Shown piece after piece: positions 1 to 9,926 of a DNA stretch of 16,269 bases. How positions within the stretch are numbered: the first letter of the stretch is position 1; every line of letters begins with the position of its first letter. Source of the DNA: Tubiluchus corallicola. Its lineage: Eukaryota > Animalia > Priapulida. The translations under genes and the position numbers were made by a program. The stretch is from the NCBI GenBank assembly GCA_030141605.1, contig JAQGDQ010002059.1, positions 1 through 16,269 of the forward strand. Reading direction: 5' to 3'. The notes under the pieces are model-generated. The model worked only from the letters and a program-made list of their open reading frames with translations. It searched no databases and was not told the DNA's origin.

Positions 1-1096
1 CTAATATACCAGAGAGGACAGGGCAAAAAATACAAAAACATATAACTTTACTGAATAGATAGACTGGCTGCAAGCAAAACTAGTTAATTCCAATTCATGT
101 TTCAATTTATAAAGCTTTGTTAGAAAAACACAATGCAGACCAGCTCATGTTGCGCAAAGCGCACGTTCAAGCGAGTTCACACGTGACAAAAATTTTATAA
201 AAGTTATCAATTAGAACAAAATAATCTATAAAAATCAACGGACGGTAAAAAAAACACTAAAAAGTCTTAGTTAATTTAGCTAACTTTTGCTGATACCTAA
301 CAATACAATACTTATATTACTTTAACAATACTTGTCAATAATACCAGACTGAAGCAGTGCATTGTCTTCGACTTAGCAATCAAGATTAGAGCAATTAATT
401 CTCTCATTTAGTAAAATATCAACAAAAACAAAACGGTTTGCCTTCACTCTTGAGTTCAGGATACTTTAAACAAAATCAATAGTGGGATATATGCAAAAAT
501 ATTTCAATAAATTATACATATTATAATAATATATTATAAATAAATTAGAATTAACTAGTTTTACTTACAACAAAATTACCCTTTCATTAAAATCATTTAT
601 GTTTTTGGATTTTTGCCGTCTTCTCTGACATATTAATCTCTGATTTTCCACTTTCGAGCGTTTAATCTGGCATTTCTATTTCACTTGTAACTTATATATC
701 AACTTTTCTTAGTGAAACTTTTTTTACTAAGTCATTTTCCCCAGTACATAGCACTTGTGTATTGTAAATATTGTTAAAGTAAGATAAGTATTGTATTGTT
801 AGGTATCAGCAAAAATTAGCTAAATTAACTGACTTTTTAGTGTTTTTTTATCGTCCGTTGATTTTTATAGATTATTTTGTTCTAATTAATAATTTTTATA
901 AAATTTTTGTCATGTGTGAACTCGCTTGAACATGCGCTTTGTGCAACATGACCAGGTCTGCATTGTGTTTTTCTAACAAAGCCTTATAAATTGAAACATG
1001 AATTGGAATTAACTAGTTTTGCTTGCAGCCAGTCTATCTATTCATTAAAGTTATATGTTTTTGTATTTTTGCCCTGTCCTCTCTGGTATATTAGTG
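1..1096. mobile_element. Non-autonomous foldback/MITE-like DNA transposon with ~335-bp terminal inverted repeats, CACTA(EnSpm/CMC)-type terminus; left end truncated by window edge
   Basis: 1-~340 is the reverse complement of ~760-1094 (about 95% identity by manual alignment). The right arm continues ...TATTAGTG (1096), whose reverse complement is CACTAATA. No ORF in the ~420-bp spacer. TSD cannot be checked. Confidence 0.7.
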
Positions 1097-1228
1097 AAAG
1101 AGTGTAAATAATTTTCTTCTGTGAGGTAGAATTCAGAGATTTTAATGAACTATAGTTTTAATTTCATTAATTAAAGTCATACTAGTTTAATTCACCTCAC
1201 TGAGAATTTTAAAAATTTAAAAAATAAT

Positions 1229-1567
1229 TTTCGTTATCTTAATCTGTGCTGAAATGCAGCGAGTGGTTTCTTTCTGATGGCTTTTTTTGTTTGCAAAGGA
1301 AGAGAAAATGAAGGTAAGGGCATGTTTGAACATGTTTGTTTGTTTAAATTCATTGTAAATATGCTGTTGTTTGTATTATTATTATAGATAAATCCTTTAC
1401 CAAATTAAATGTAAGTTTTAATAACGTAATTAAAACATACATAATTAACATAACATATTCTTATAGAAGAATTCTTATAGATATAGTTTTATTATTATAG
1501 ATAAATCTTTCGCCAAATGAAATGTAAGTTATAATGACGTTATTAAAACATACATAATTAACATAAC
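1229..1567 (+). mobile_element. Dispersed repeat copy 1: ~145-bp unique head followed by ~1.7 AT-rich tandem units (113-bp period)
   Basis: Reverse complement of the right part of 12030-12592 (e.g. TTATCTTAATCTGTG..GAAATGCAGCGAGTGGTTTC; AAGGTAAGGGCATGTTTGAACATGTTTGTTTGTTTAAATT). ATTATAGATAAATC recurs at 1381 and 1494. Confidence 0.7.
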
Positions 1568-1668
1568 GTAATATTTTAATTCATCAAAGTGTCGTTTCAC
1601 ACTTTATAATTATTTATCTGTTTATTTGTTTTTTGGCATTTTTTAATTCATTTTTCATTAGCTTATTA

Positions 1669-1672
<4 letters not shown>

Positions 1673-1746
<74 letters not shown>

Positions 1747-1758
1747 CGTGCGTGTGTG
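1673..1758. repeat. (TG)n microsatellite ending in (TGCG)n
   Basis: Directly visible, ~35 TG units then TGCG repeats. Confidence 0.98.
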
Positions 1759-2282
1759 GCACACGATGGTACACATTACAATATTTTTGCACATAAATAC
1801 ATTTAAACTTTTTAAAACTATCAACTCGATCCTCCCGCAAAGCTTTAACTTCAACAAAATTGTCGCTTTCGGCTTTTCAATGGCATGTTTTGAAAAAAAC
1901 ACGCGTTAAAAAGCCACATATAAAATAAATTTTGAGCCATTAAAATAACAGTTGCCGCATTTATCCACAATGAAATGTTTTCGTTTAACCCAAGGCGGTG
2001 CAAAACTGGTTTTAATTTCTTGAAAAAACACCTCCCACTGGGAAAACATGGTTTAGAATGAGATAGGTTACAAATTTGAGGGTGCTTACATTTCAATAGG
2101 AAGGTGTTGAAATATAGAAAATTGGTTAAGGTAGGCGAAGCAGACTATGGACTTTTGCACCATAATCAAAAATTCCTCTCAAGTTCAAAAGAGGTGCTGA
2201 GAAAAATTATGGCACAAACGTACGATTATTAATTTTTTATCAAACTAAGTTTGACTGAAGGGAAGAAAATGCGAGAAAAGTT

Positions 2283-2353
2283 GGATTGTATCTGGGTTTG
2301 AACCAAAAATGTTTAGGTCCCGATCTCTGCCATGACAATTAGACCAACATGGC
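2283..2353 (-). pseudogene. Degenerate tRNA-like sequence / possible tRNA-derived SINE head
   Basis: Minus strand reads GCCATGT-TGGTCTAATTG (A-box-like, 2346-2336) ... GGTTCAAACCC (B-box, 2304-2294), with starts 42 nt apart. The acceptor stem does not pair, so it is not a functional tRNA. Confidence 0.3.
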
Positions 2354-2398
2354 TTTTTGAGAGCAGGTCTTAATTCAGTCATTGTAGCTCGGTAATGA

Positions 2399-2770
2399 TT
2401 CTAATTCCTCCAAGTGTCATCTTACTAATCAAGAGTGCTTATTAACGACAGTGATTATTCAACGTAGAGTAATTAACACAACTGGTTTCAAAGAATTAAT
2501 AATTGTCTTCATACCACCATGAATTCTTACTGATAAAAATATATAACATATTCAATTCTGAATTAACATTAAAATGTATAAATATGGTAAACAATTTACA
2601 TCTTACATTTTAATGTTAATTCAGAATTGAATATGTTATATATTTTTATCAGTAAGAATTCATGGAGGTATGAAGACAATTATTAATTCTTTGAAACCAG
2701 TTGTGTTAATTACTCTACGTTGTTGAATAATCACTCTTGATTAGTAAAATGACACTTGGAGGAATTAGAA
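2399..2770. repeat. Long near-perfect inverted repeat (arms 2399-2578 and 2604-2770, 25-nt loop)
   Basis: Arms are reverse complements apart from a few substitutions, a ~16-bp insert in the left arm and a 3-bp insert in the right arm. Confidence 0.95.
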
Positions 2771-2849
2771 ACTTGATTAGTATGATAAAATTGTATAAAT
2801 ATGGTAAAAAAAATTTACATCTTACAATTTTATCGTACTAATCAAGTTT
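2769..2849. repeat. Second inverted repeat (27-bp arms, 27-nt loop) with the same loop as the preceding palindrome
   Basis: AAACTTGATTAGTATGATAAAATTGTA / TACAATTTTATCGTACTAATCAAGTTT (1 mismatch); loop TAAATATGGTAAAAAAAATTTACATCT. Confidence 0.92.
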
Positions 2850-4458
2850 TAATCTTTTTACCGGCATTTTTAATTTATTTGCACCTACTTATGTTTATAT
2901 TGTACTAACCATATACTATGTATTCTGTACTTTTAGCAGTAATTTTACTTTCTGTACATTGTCGATATGTTTTACGATGTATTTAATGGACATATAAGTC
3001 TCTTGACTTCAGTTCATAGATGTATTATGAATAAAAAAAATAAATAAAAAATCTTATATTCTAGAGCTGCTTGTTTACAAATACCCTAATTATAAAAACT
3101 TTATTAAAATTTTACAGTATTAGGTATATAAGTATATAGTATACACTTTTGCCAAAAATTGTCTGCACAATGCAAAACTTGTCCTCAGCTAACAAACAAA
3201 AAACAAAAATTTTGAACTATTTTTAATATTTTGTAAAATTTCAGCACTCTTATTTCGAAATTGTTTACTCAAGCTAGCTTTACAATTGAAATACTTACGT
3301 TAATTTTTACATTTTAACAGAACACGACATTGTGAACTTTTTTATTCGCATTTTCTCTCCAACTCATAACAAAATTCTACATATAATAAATTTTAAATGT
3401 TTTAAGAAGCAAAAACTTTGCTTCCCTAATCAAGAAAATTATACCAAACAGTAAAATTATTAAATGATGAAAGTAACTATTTTATACAATTTTTATAAAA
3501 TTTTTAACTAAGATATGTCCAAACACTCGATGAGTGAGAGTACAAAGCAATAGAAAAAATGCAATGCTGGCAGATAGCAAATTTTAGCAACGAAATGAAA
3601 TTGAAATTTAGAGAAATTACTTCATTTAACAAAAATAATTTCACTTTAAAGCAAGACGCACTGCCACTAATAAGAAAATTATATATTAACGTGCTAAAAA
3701 GTAACGTACAAGTGTACAAATCCACCTGTTTAAATATTAAAAAAATAATTTTCAAATATTTTATGTATTTTCACATTTTTTTTGGCATAAGAACACGGTT
3801 CCAGCAAATATGAAAGAATGGTTTTAAAGTAACTGAACGAGGGACCAATTGAAATTCGCACCGGCGTCGAGCCAGTTATTGTAACGCCTTCGAACGGGTT
3901 AAGAGGCGTGGTTGAAAATGCGAAAAATTTCATACGAATGAAAGACATTAAAATGTCAAGTGAAACCAGTTTGTTAAATTATTTGACACGAGTTTTATTG
4001 ATGTAACTTCGGTCCATTAAGCTACTGAATGCGTATTTGTACAACCGAGTTAAACTTTAACCCTTTACGATAAAAATCGCTAGTGCAAACAAAAAATTGT
4101 AAAAATTTCAGTTAAGTCAAATAACAAGTGTGTAAAAAAACAAATAATACTATTACAAAATGTAGCAGTATGTCAAAAAAATTAATTTGGAAATTTTAAC
4201 TGTATAATAGGTAAGTTTTCTTAATGTTAGGAAAATTAATATAATAAAGTTTGGATTTGGCGCAGAAAAATAGAAGAAAAAACATTAAAGCAAAGAAGAT
4301 TAATAAAATTCAACGGAGTAATAATTTTGTAGCTTAAAAAAATTGATTTGCGTATTAATGAAATTACAAAATATTAAGTTGTACAAGTACTTATAACATT
4401 GAAAAATACTTGAAAAATGCAACCTGGTGCTATAACAATGCAACTATTGATGAGTCCT

Positions 4459-4586
4459 TCATTAAATAATTCCTTATCATTTCTTAATTATTATTTTTTT
4501 CTAATATAAAGTTACAATTTCAACTCATTAAATAATTTCTTATCATTTCTTAATGATTAATTTTTTTCTAATATAAAGTTACAATT
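4459..4586. repeat. Tandem duplication, 2 x ~66 bp
   Basis: TCATTAAATAATT...AATATAAAGTTACAATT at 4459 and 4525. Confidence 0.93.
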
Positions 4587-5940
4587 CGAATTTAGGGATC
4601 AGATAATATTTTTCAAAAACACAAAGTCAATATTTAGGACTACATTTTTAAGAATTTAAGCCAAGAGCTTTTTTAAAGAGAAAGAAATGGTTTAATGCCA
4701 TAAGAAATATTCGATGCTTTGCAGTTATACAATAAATTGTTGCAAATTTTAATTTTAACTCTTAATGTTGTATGCAATAAAGTTCAAGTGCAAGAGATTA
4801 CGGAGACAGGTGTTGTGCAATAATTCGCGTACAACAAATTGCCGGCTTTAATGCGTATTTTAATCACTGTTGACATCACAATTTAATTTTATGACAGCCA
4901 GGTTCTGAATAGTACAGGTGTCACTAAACGGCTTTAAAAAGACTTAAATATTTAATGGTGCCGATTTAGTCCTGCACAAATGCCACCTGCCAAGTGAGAG
5001 GTTTAACGCATAATGGGCTTTTTAATATTTTTCTGAATCAATTGAAATGATATTTAAAAAAATACGAGTATAATATTTTGATTATTTACTTCTTAGCAAA
5101 AAATGAAATAATTTCTGAATGAAATAATGCCACTGTGTATTTTGCATGATATGATGTTTGATTTTGATTTAATATTACATTTTACAGAAAATAATAATGT
5201 TTCTTTAATTACTCCTAACGGACTGCCACCCACTGGCCAAATCTGAAGTTAAAAATCTGACTCTATTCTTTAAGTAAATTTCTTTCTCTGGTTGTTCACG
5301 CTGAAGTTCTGAAATAGTACGTGTGTGCGATTATGTGTGCATCAAGTTATCAAAAAGCTTGTAGAAAATGTTTAGGAACCCTTTTATGTTCACTTGATTA
5401 TTACGAGATTTTTGTAAATGTTGACAAAGTTTTGATTGACTGATTTTTTGACCTGTTTGAATTGTCTGTTTGTTGACTGTTAAACTCTTGTGCTACTGTG
5501 TTATGTCTGTTATAATTGTTTAAGGCATTTTCATTTTATTTCATCTGTTATTTTCCATACACTAACAAAAGGTCTTAAGTAAATCAGATATTGATAAGAA
5601 ATACATATATTTCCTTAGTTACTAACACAATTTTTATTGTAAATTTATAATATATATGATTATTAAATGCAACAAGCTGGTAACAGTGTCACTCGATTAA
5701 CTAAATAAATATTAATGTCGTAAAAATAGGGGCGGCTGCTAGGTGACTTCTGGGTCTTTTGCCACCTCATTTCAATGTAGTACTAATTTCATCATCTCAA
5801 AGAAACATTGTATGTTATTATATGTGTAAATTTAAATAAGACGAATAAATTTAATCTGCATCTAATCTAAAGAAACAAAAACATGCGCTAACATGATTGC
5901 AGATAAAATGCAAAATCACGTATTGCTAAATGCCGTGACG

Positions 5941-6626
5941 TTTAAATCTAAATTTTCATTCGAGGAGGTTGCGACTTTTCAATTTCAAGTGATTCGCTCA
6001 TCATTCGTTAAAATTTTACAGAAAAAAAATCATTTAGTTTTATAACGACAAGTATAAGAACTAATGTGAATCACTTGAAAGTGAAAAGTCACAACCTCTT
6101 CAAATGAAAATTTAGATTTAAATGTACAAGAAAAAACATAGTCCTTGCGTAAAAATAAAATGTAGATAAGTAAATGAAGTATCTTTAAACTTGCTTAAAA
6201 TTTTGCAAAAAAATCATTTAGTTTAGTTTAGTATAAAAAAACTAAATGATTTTTTCTGTAAAATTTTCATTTGAGGAGGTTGTGACTTTTCTATTTTCAA
6301 GTGATTCACTTTAATTGTTGCTTGTTTTTATAAAACTAAATGATTTTTTTTTCTGTGAAATTTTAGGCAAGTTTAAAGACAGACACTCCATTTAGGTATC
6401 TACATTTTACTTTTAAGCAAGGAATGCGTTCTTTTTCTTGTACATTTAAATCTAAATTTTCATTCAAAGAGGGTGTGACTTTTCACTTTCAAGCGATTCA
6501 CATTAGTTGCTACTTATTTTTATAAAAATAAAGGATTTTCCTGTAAAATTTTAAGCATGTTTAAAGACACTTCTTTTAGGTTTTTTCATTTTACTTAGCA
6601 AGGAAAATGTTCTTTTACTTTTACAC
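5941..6626. repeat. Complex repeat of a ~190-bp unit in both orientations
   Basis: Forward pieces 5941-5995, ~6238-6444 and 6445-6626; reverse piece 6009-6224. Shared core AAATTTTCATT.GAGGAGGTTGTGACTTTTCA.TTTCAAGTGATTC. Confidence 0.88.
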
Positions 6627-7086
6627 AAAAGTTGAAGTATTTCATGTTTTTACACGCAGTGTAATGCGTTAAGCTACTAACATTATGATACATATTTATT
6701 TACGTTTCTTATATTTATCTTGCACACACTGTAGTGTATATACACTTAAAAGTTTTACATACATTACACCTTTCCCGTACACTAAACACTATAATTAAAG
6801 AAAACTTAGGCTTCAAGGCTCCAAAATAAGAAAATGAAATATGTTTAGTCAACAATTAGATAGGCAGGCAACAAAGATGAATTTATCAGCATTTTAACAA
6901 TTCTAAGTTAACAGATACTGTAGCCTGTAATGCAGCAAACACCGAACAAGCCTCCATTTTATTTATTAAAATTATAAATCATTTCCTATCATACGTTTGG
7001 CAAAATCATATTAATGTAGGCACACTCGGGAAGTGAAACACTTTTCTCTGTATCGCACAGAGCGACTAGAAAAATTTATGCATACT

Positions 7087-7438
7087 AAATCTAGTTTATA
7101 AATTATTTTCTTACCTATTTTTCTTATCCATCGTAACGTAAAATATGCTTACAATTAGACTTCCATGTAAGTTTAGCATTCAAATTTTTTACATATAAAT
7201 TTGCATCACTATAAATAGACGTGTTTTTATAAAAATGGCAGCATTTCAACTCGAGCAAATTAAAATTTAGTTTATAAATTATTTTCTTACCTATTTTTCT
7301 TATCCATAGTGACGTAAAATATGTTTACAATTACACTTCCACGTAAGTTTAGCATTCAAATTTTTTATATATAAATTTGCATCACAATAAATAGACGTGT
7401 TTTTATAAAAACGGTAGCATTTCTACTCGAGCAAATTA
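7087..7438. repeat. Tandem duplication, 2 x 176 bp
   Basis: TAGTTTATAAATTATTTTCTTACC at 7092 and 7268; both units end CTCGAGCAAATTA. Confidence 0.95.
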
Positions 7439-7912
7439 CACTCAATTTTAAAAGCAAATGCCAGCTGGAAACGTTTTTAAATCGTGCCCCTCACTTTAAA
7501 ATGTTAGCTCTAAACTTGTTGAACTCAATTTACGAAATCAAAAAAGTTTTTTTAAGCAGCGACACAAGAAGCGAACACTCGAACCACCTTTCACGTTGTA
7601 GAATGTTAACAATATCATCACCATCACCGTAAACGTAACTCTATACAACACTCGCACACACACACATAATCATGCAACAATGAACACAGACGCTGAACAC
7701 ACATTAGTGAATGTCCCCTAGCTGTGAATTCTTGCCAGTCCAAGTAAGTTTTTAGTGTTGCCCGCAACACAATGCACCAGGTGTGCCTCGGTGACAGGAC
7801 AATTTTACGAGATATTAGCCAAAAAGCAGCGAGGAGAAACGATCTGCAGTGCCGTTTTTTCTTGTTCATTGTGGAGAAAAGTAGAAGCATAATTTCCGCA
7901 ATTTTATTCAAA

Positions 7913-8210
7913 CCTTTGTCAGAGCACCTGTGGGAGTTACTGCACAAAAATATAAAAAATGATTTACGGAAAAATACGCATAAATAGCAGCATTTTTCCA
8001 TAAGTTTAAAATTAAAAATCAAACAAGTGAAAAGCATGCAAAAATCAGAATTGGATTGTGGCAGCCTTTGTCACAGAACCTGTAGAGTTACTGCACACAA
8101 ATATATAAAATTGAAAAATGATTTACGGAAAAATACCCAAAAATAGCAAAATTTTTCCATAACTTTAAAATTAAACATCAAACAAGTGTAAAGCATGCAA
8201 AAATCAAAAT
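7913..8210. repeat. Diverged tandem duplication, 2 x ~150 bp
   Basis: CCTTTGTCA...GAGTTACTGCACA...AAAATGATTTACGGAAAAATAC...AAGCATGCAAAAATCA starting at 7913 and 8065. Confidence 0.9.
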
Positions 8211-8831
8211 ATTACAGTGGCACTAATTTTGACTTAATTTTATATAAATAATTATGAAGAAATAGCGAGTTTAAATCATACGAAATAATTATTTACTAAT
8301 ATCGAGTTTAAATTTTAAACAAATAAAAATGAAATGTCTTTGCTCGGCAAATTACCCAAACAGCTCTGCAAATACGTAATGGGCGTGCTGATACGTTCAA
8401 ATCAACTTTAAATTTGCCATTATGATTTTATGACTCAAAATCCGACTAAAAACACATTACACAAATGAAATTGAGTTTAAACACATGCAAACACCGTATG
8501 CCCACCCCTGAACAATGTGCAAGCAAGCGTTCGACAACAAAGACATGTTGTGTGCTCATTCAAAACGTGTCTATAGTGCCCAGAGAAAGAGAAACTCCTG
8601 CGTGTGTGTGTACAACGGAGGCTGAGGAGAACTGCACTGCAACAAAGCTCCTATGTGTAATTAGAGTTGGCACGGAATCGTTGACCAGATTGGCTGTGAG
8701 CCGCAGTCGAACGGCATCAATATGCAACGATGGGCCGAACAATTTGGCGAAGTTAATTTCATATTACAAGTACTAATCACCCGCCGACAAGCAGCCCGCC
8801 AGATCATGCAGAATAAAAACGGGACACTTAC

Positions 8832-9097
8832 CCGGAGAGCGAAACGAGTTTAGTGAGGAAAGAGTTGACGGTGCAGAGTAGGAAGCACGCCACGCACCAG
8901 CGTCCGTACCCGGGCACTTAACTCCAGCAGTTCCCGGAGTAGGACCAGTTAAATCTATTCAATATGGCTGCAGCACTGCCATGCCACGGCCTGTGGGCTG
9001 TCCTAGCATAACTTATGCCTGTCAGTTCCTCTGTCACCCCCTCCGCTGCGGCAGCTGATCACACACGATTCAATCGACATCCATGAATTAGTGATAC
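8832..9097 (-). other. Candidate spliced exon (probably non-coding/UTR or alternatively spliced)
   Basis: GC-rich unique island. On the minus strand it is bounded by a pyrimidine-rich tract plus CTGACAG| acceptor (9098) and a consensus donor CCGG|GTAAGT (8831). No frame is open across the full 266 nt. Confidence 0.35.
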
Positions 9098-9350
9098 CTG
9101 TCAGACGGCGATAATTGGGACCGAAAAATTACAAAATTGAGAAGTTGAAGATACAATGCAAATACATTGCCACATTTTGACGGGGCAACTGACTAAAGAA
9201 CAAAGTGGTGTAAATACGTGTCAACTTAAGCAACAATGCTTAATCGATCTACTCACTTCATCACACTGATTATAGGCTTTCTTATCTAGGTATAATTTTG
9301 CTAATTAGTAATCACAATTTTCTTGTTCTTGCATAAACTGTCTAATTTCA

Positions 9351-9482
9351 GTATCGTTTTTATCGTTTGAAATCGTTTATCGTGCAGTATCGTCTAAAAA
9401 ATAGTTTATCTTTATGGTATCATTAGAAAAAAAGTATCGTGTCGTTATCATATCGCTAAATATGTATCATTTAACATCCCTA
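9351..9482. mobile_element. Probable solo terminus of a hAT-superfamily DNA transposon
   Basis: Ends in ...AACATCCCTA (reverse complement TAGGGATGTT, matching the Ac-type TIR start (C/T)AGGGATG). It is preceded by ~11 TATCG/TATCA subterminal motifs. No partner TIR or TSD seen. Confidence 0.5.
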
Positions 9483-9640
9483 ATAAGTACAACGTAATAG
9501 ATTTCATCACTTCTAATTGATAATATCATGCCTTATCAAACTAAAAAAAAATCTGTCTCGTGGCTTAAACTGTGATCTCTAAAGTAGTATGTAATGTACA
9601 GATTCAGTTTGACACTTATAGTATTTAATATACAGATATA

Positions 9641-9663
9641 TAGAGAGAGATAGATTAGATACA

Positions 9664-9707
<44 letters not shown>

Positions 9708-9725
9708 TAGATAGATATAGATATA
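9641..9725. repeat. Compound (AGAT)n(AGAC)n microsatellite
   Basis: Directly visible. Confidence 0.95.
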
Positions 9726-9926
9726 CAATTAATATAGATATTAATATTTATAAAACATATTAACAATTGGGAATACGCTCTACAAGTTTAACAATGCCAT
9801 ACATAATTTTACACAATCCTGGTCAAATGTGGCTAGGCTAAGTAACTCAGACTTGCAAAACTCCATGCAAATCGTTCAACTTGTTCCAGGGATTTGGTTA
9901 ACTGATGATATTATAACTTTAGTAAA

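Noticed and set aside
1658-1909. Three overlapping ORFs with HT/CV repeats
   Set aside because: They are translations of the (TG)n microsatellite.
1851-2096. 81-aa minus-strand ORF
   Set aside because: No recognisable domain and a length expected by chance.
3504-4006. Short ORFs 3504-3755, 3559-3813 and 3730-3948, plus an ATG-less open plus frame from ~3832 (LNEGPIEIRTGVEPV...)
   Set aside because: They overlap on both strands with AT-driven composition, and show no recognisable motif or convincing splice sites.
4593-4600. TAGGGATC as the left partner of the hAT-like end at 9482
   Set aside because: Only a 7-bp match, with no CGATA subterminal motifs and no matching 8-bp TSD.
7624-8037. 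137-aa and 71-aa ORFs
   Set aside because: They overlap a tandem duplication and a CA-rich tract; no family resemblance.
8465-8776. 103-aa plus ORF and 60-aa antisense ORF
   Set aside because: No recognisable domain; longer ORFs are expected by chance in a GC-richer patch. Cannot be fully excluded without expression data.
9536-9766. 76-aa ORF
   Set aside because: Runs through the AGAT/AGAC microsatellite.
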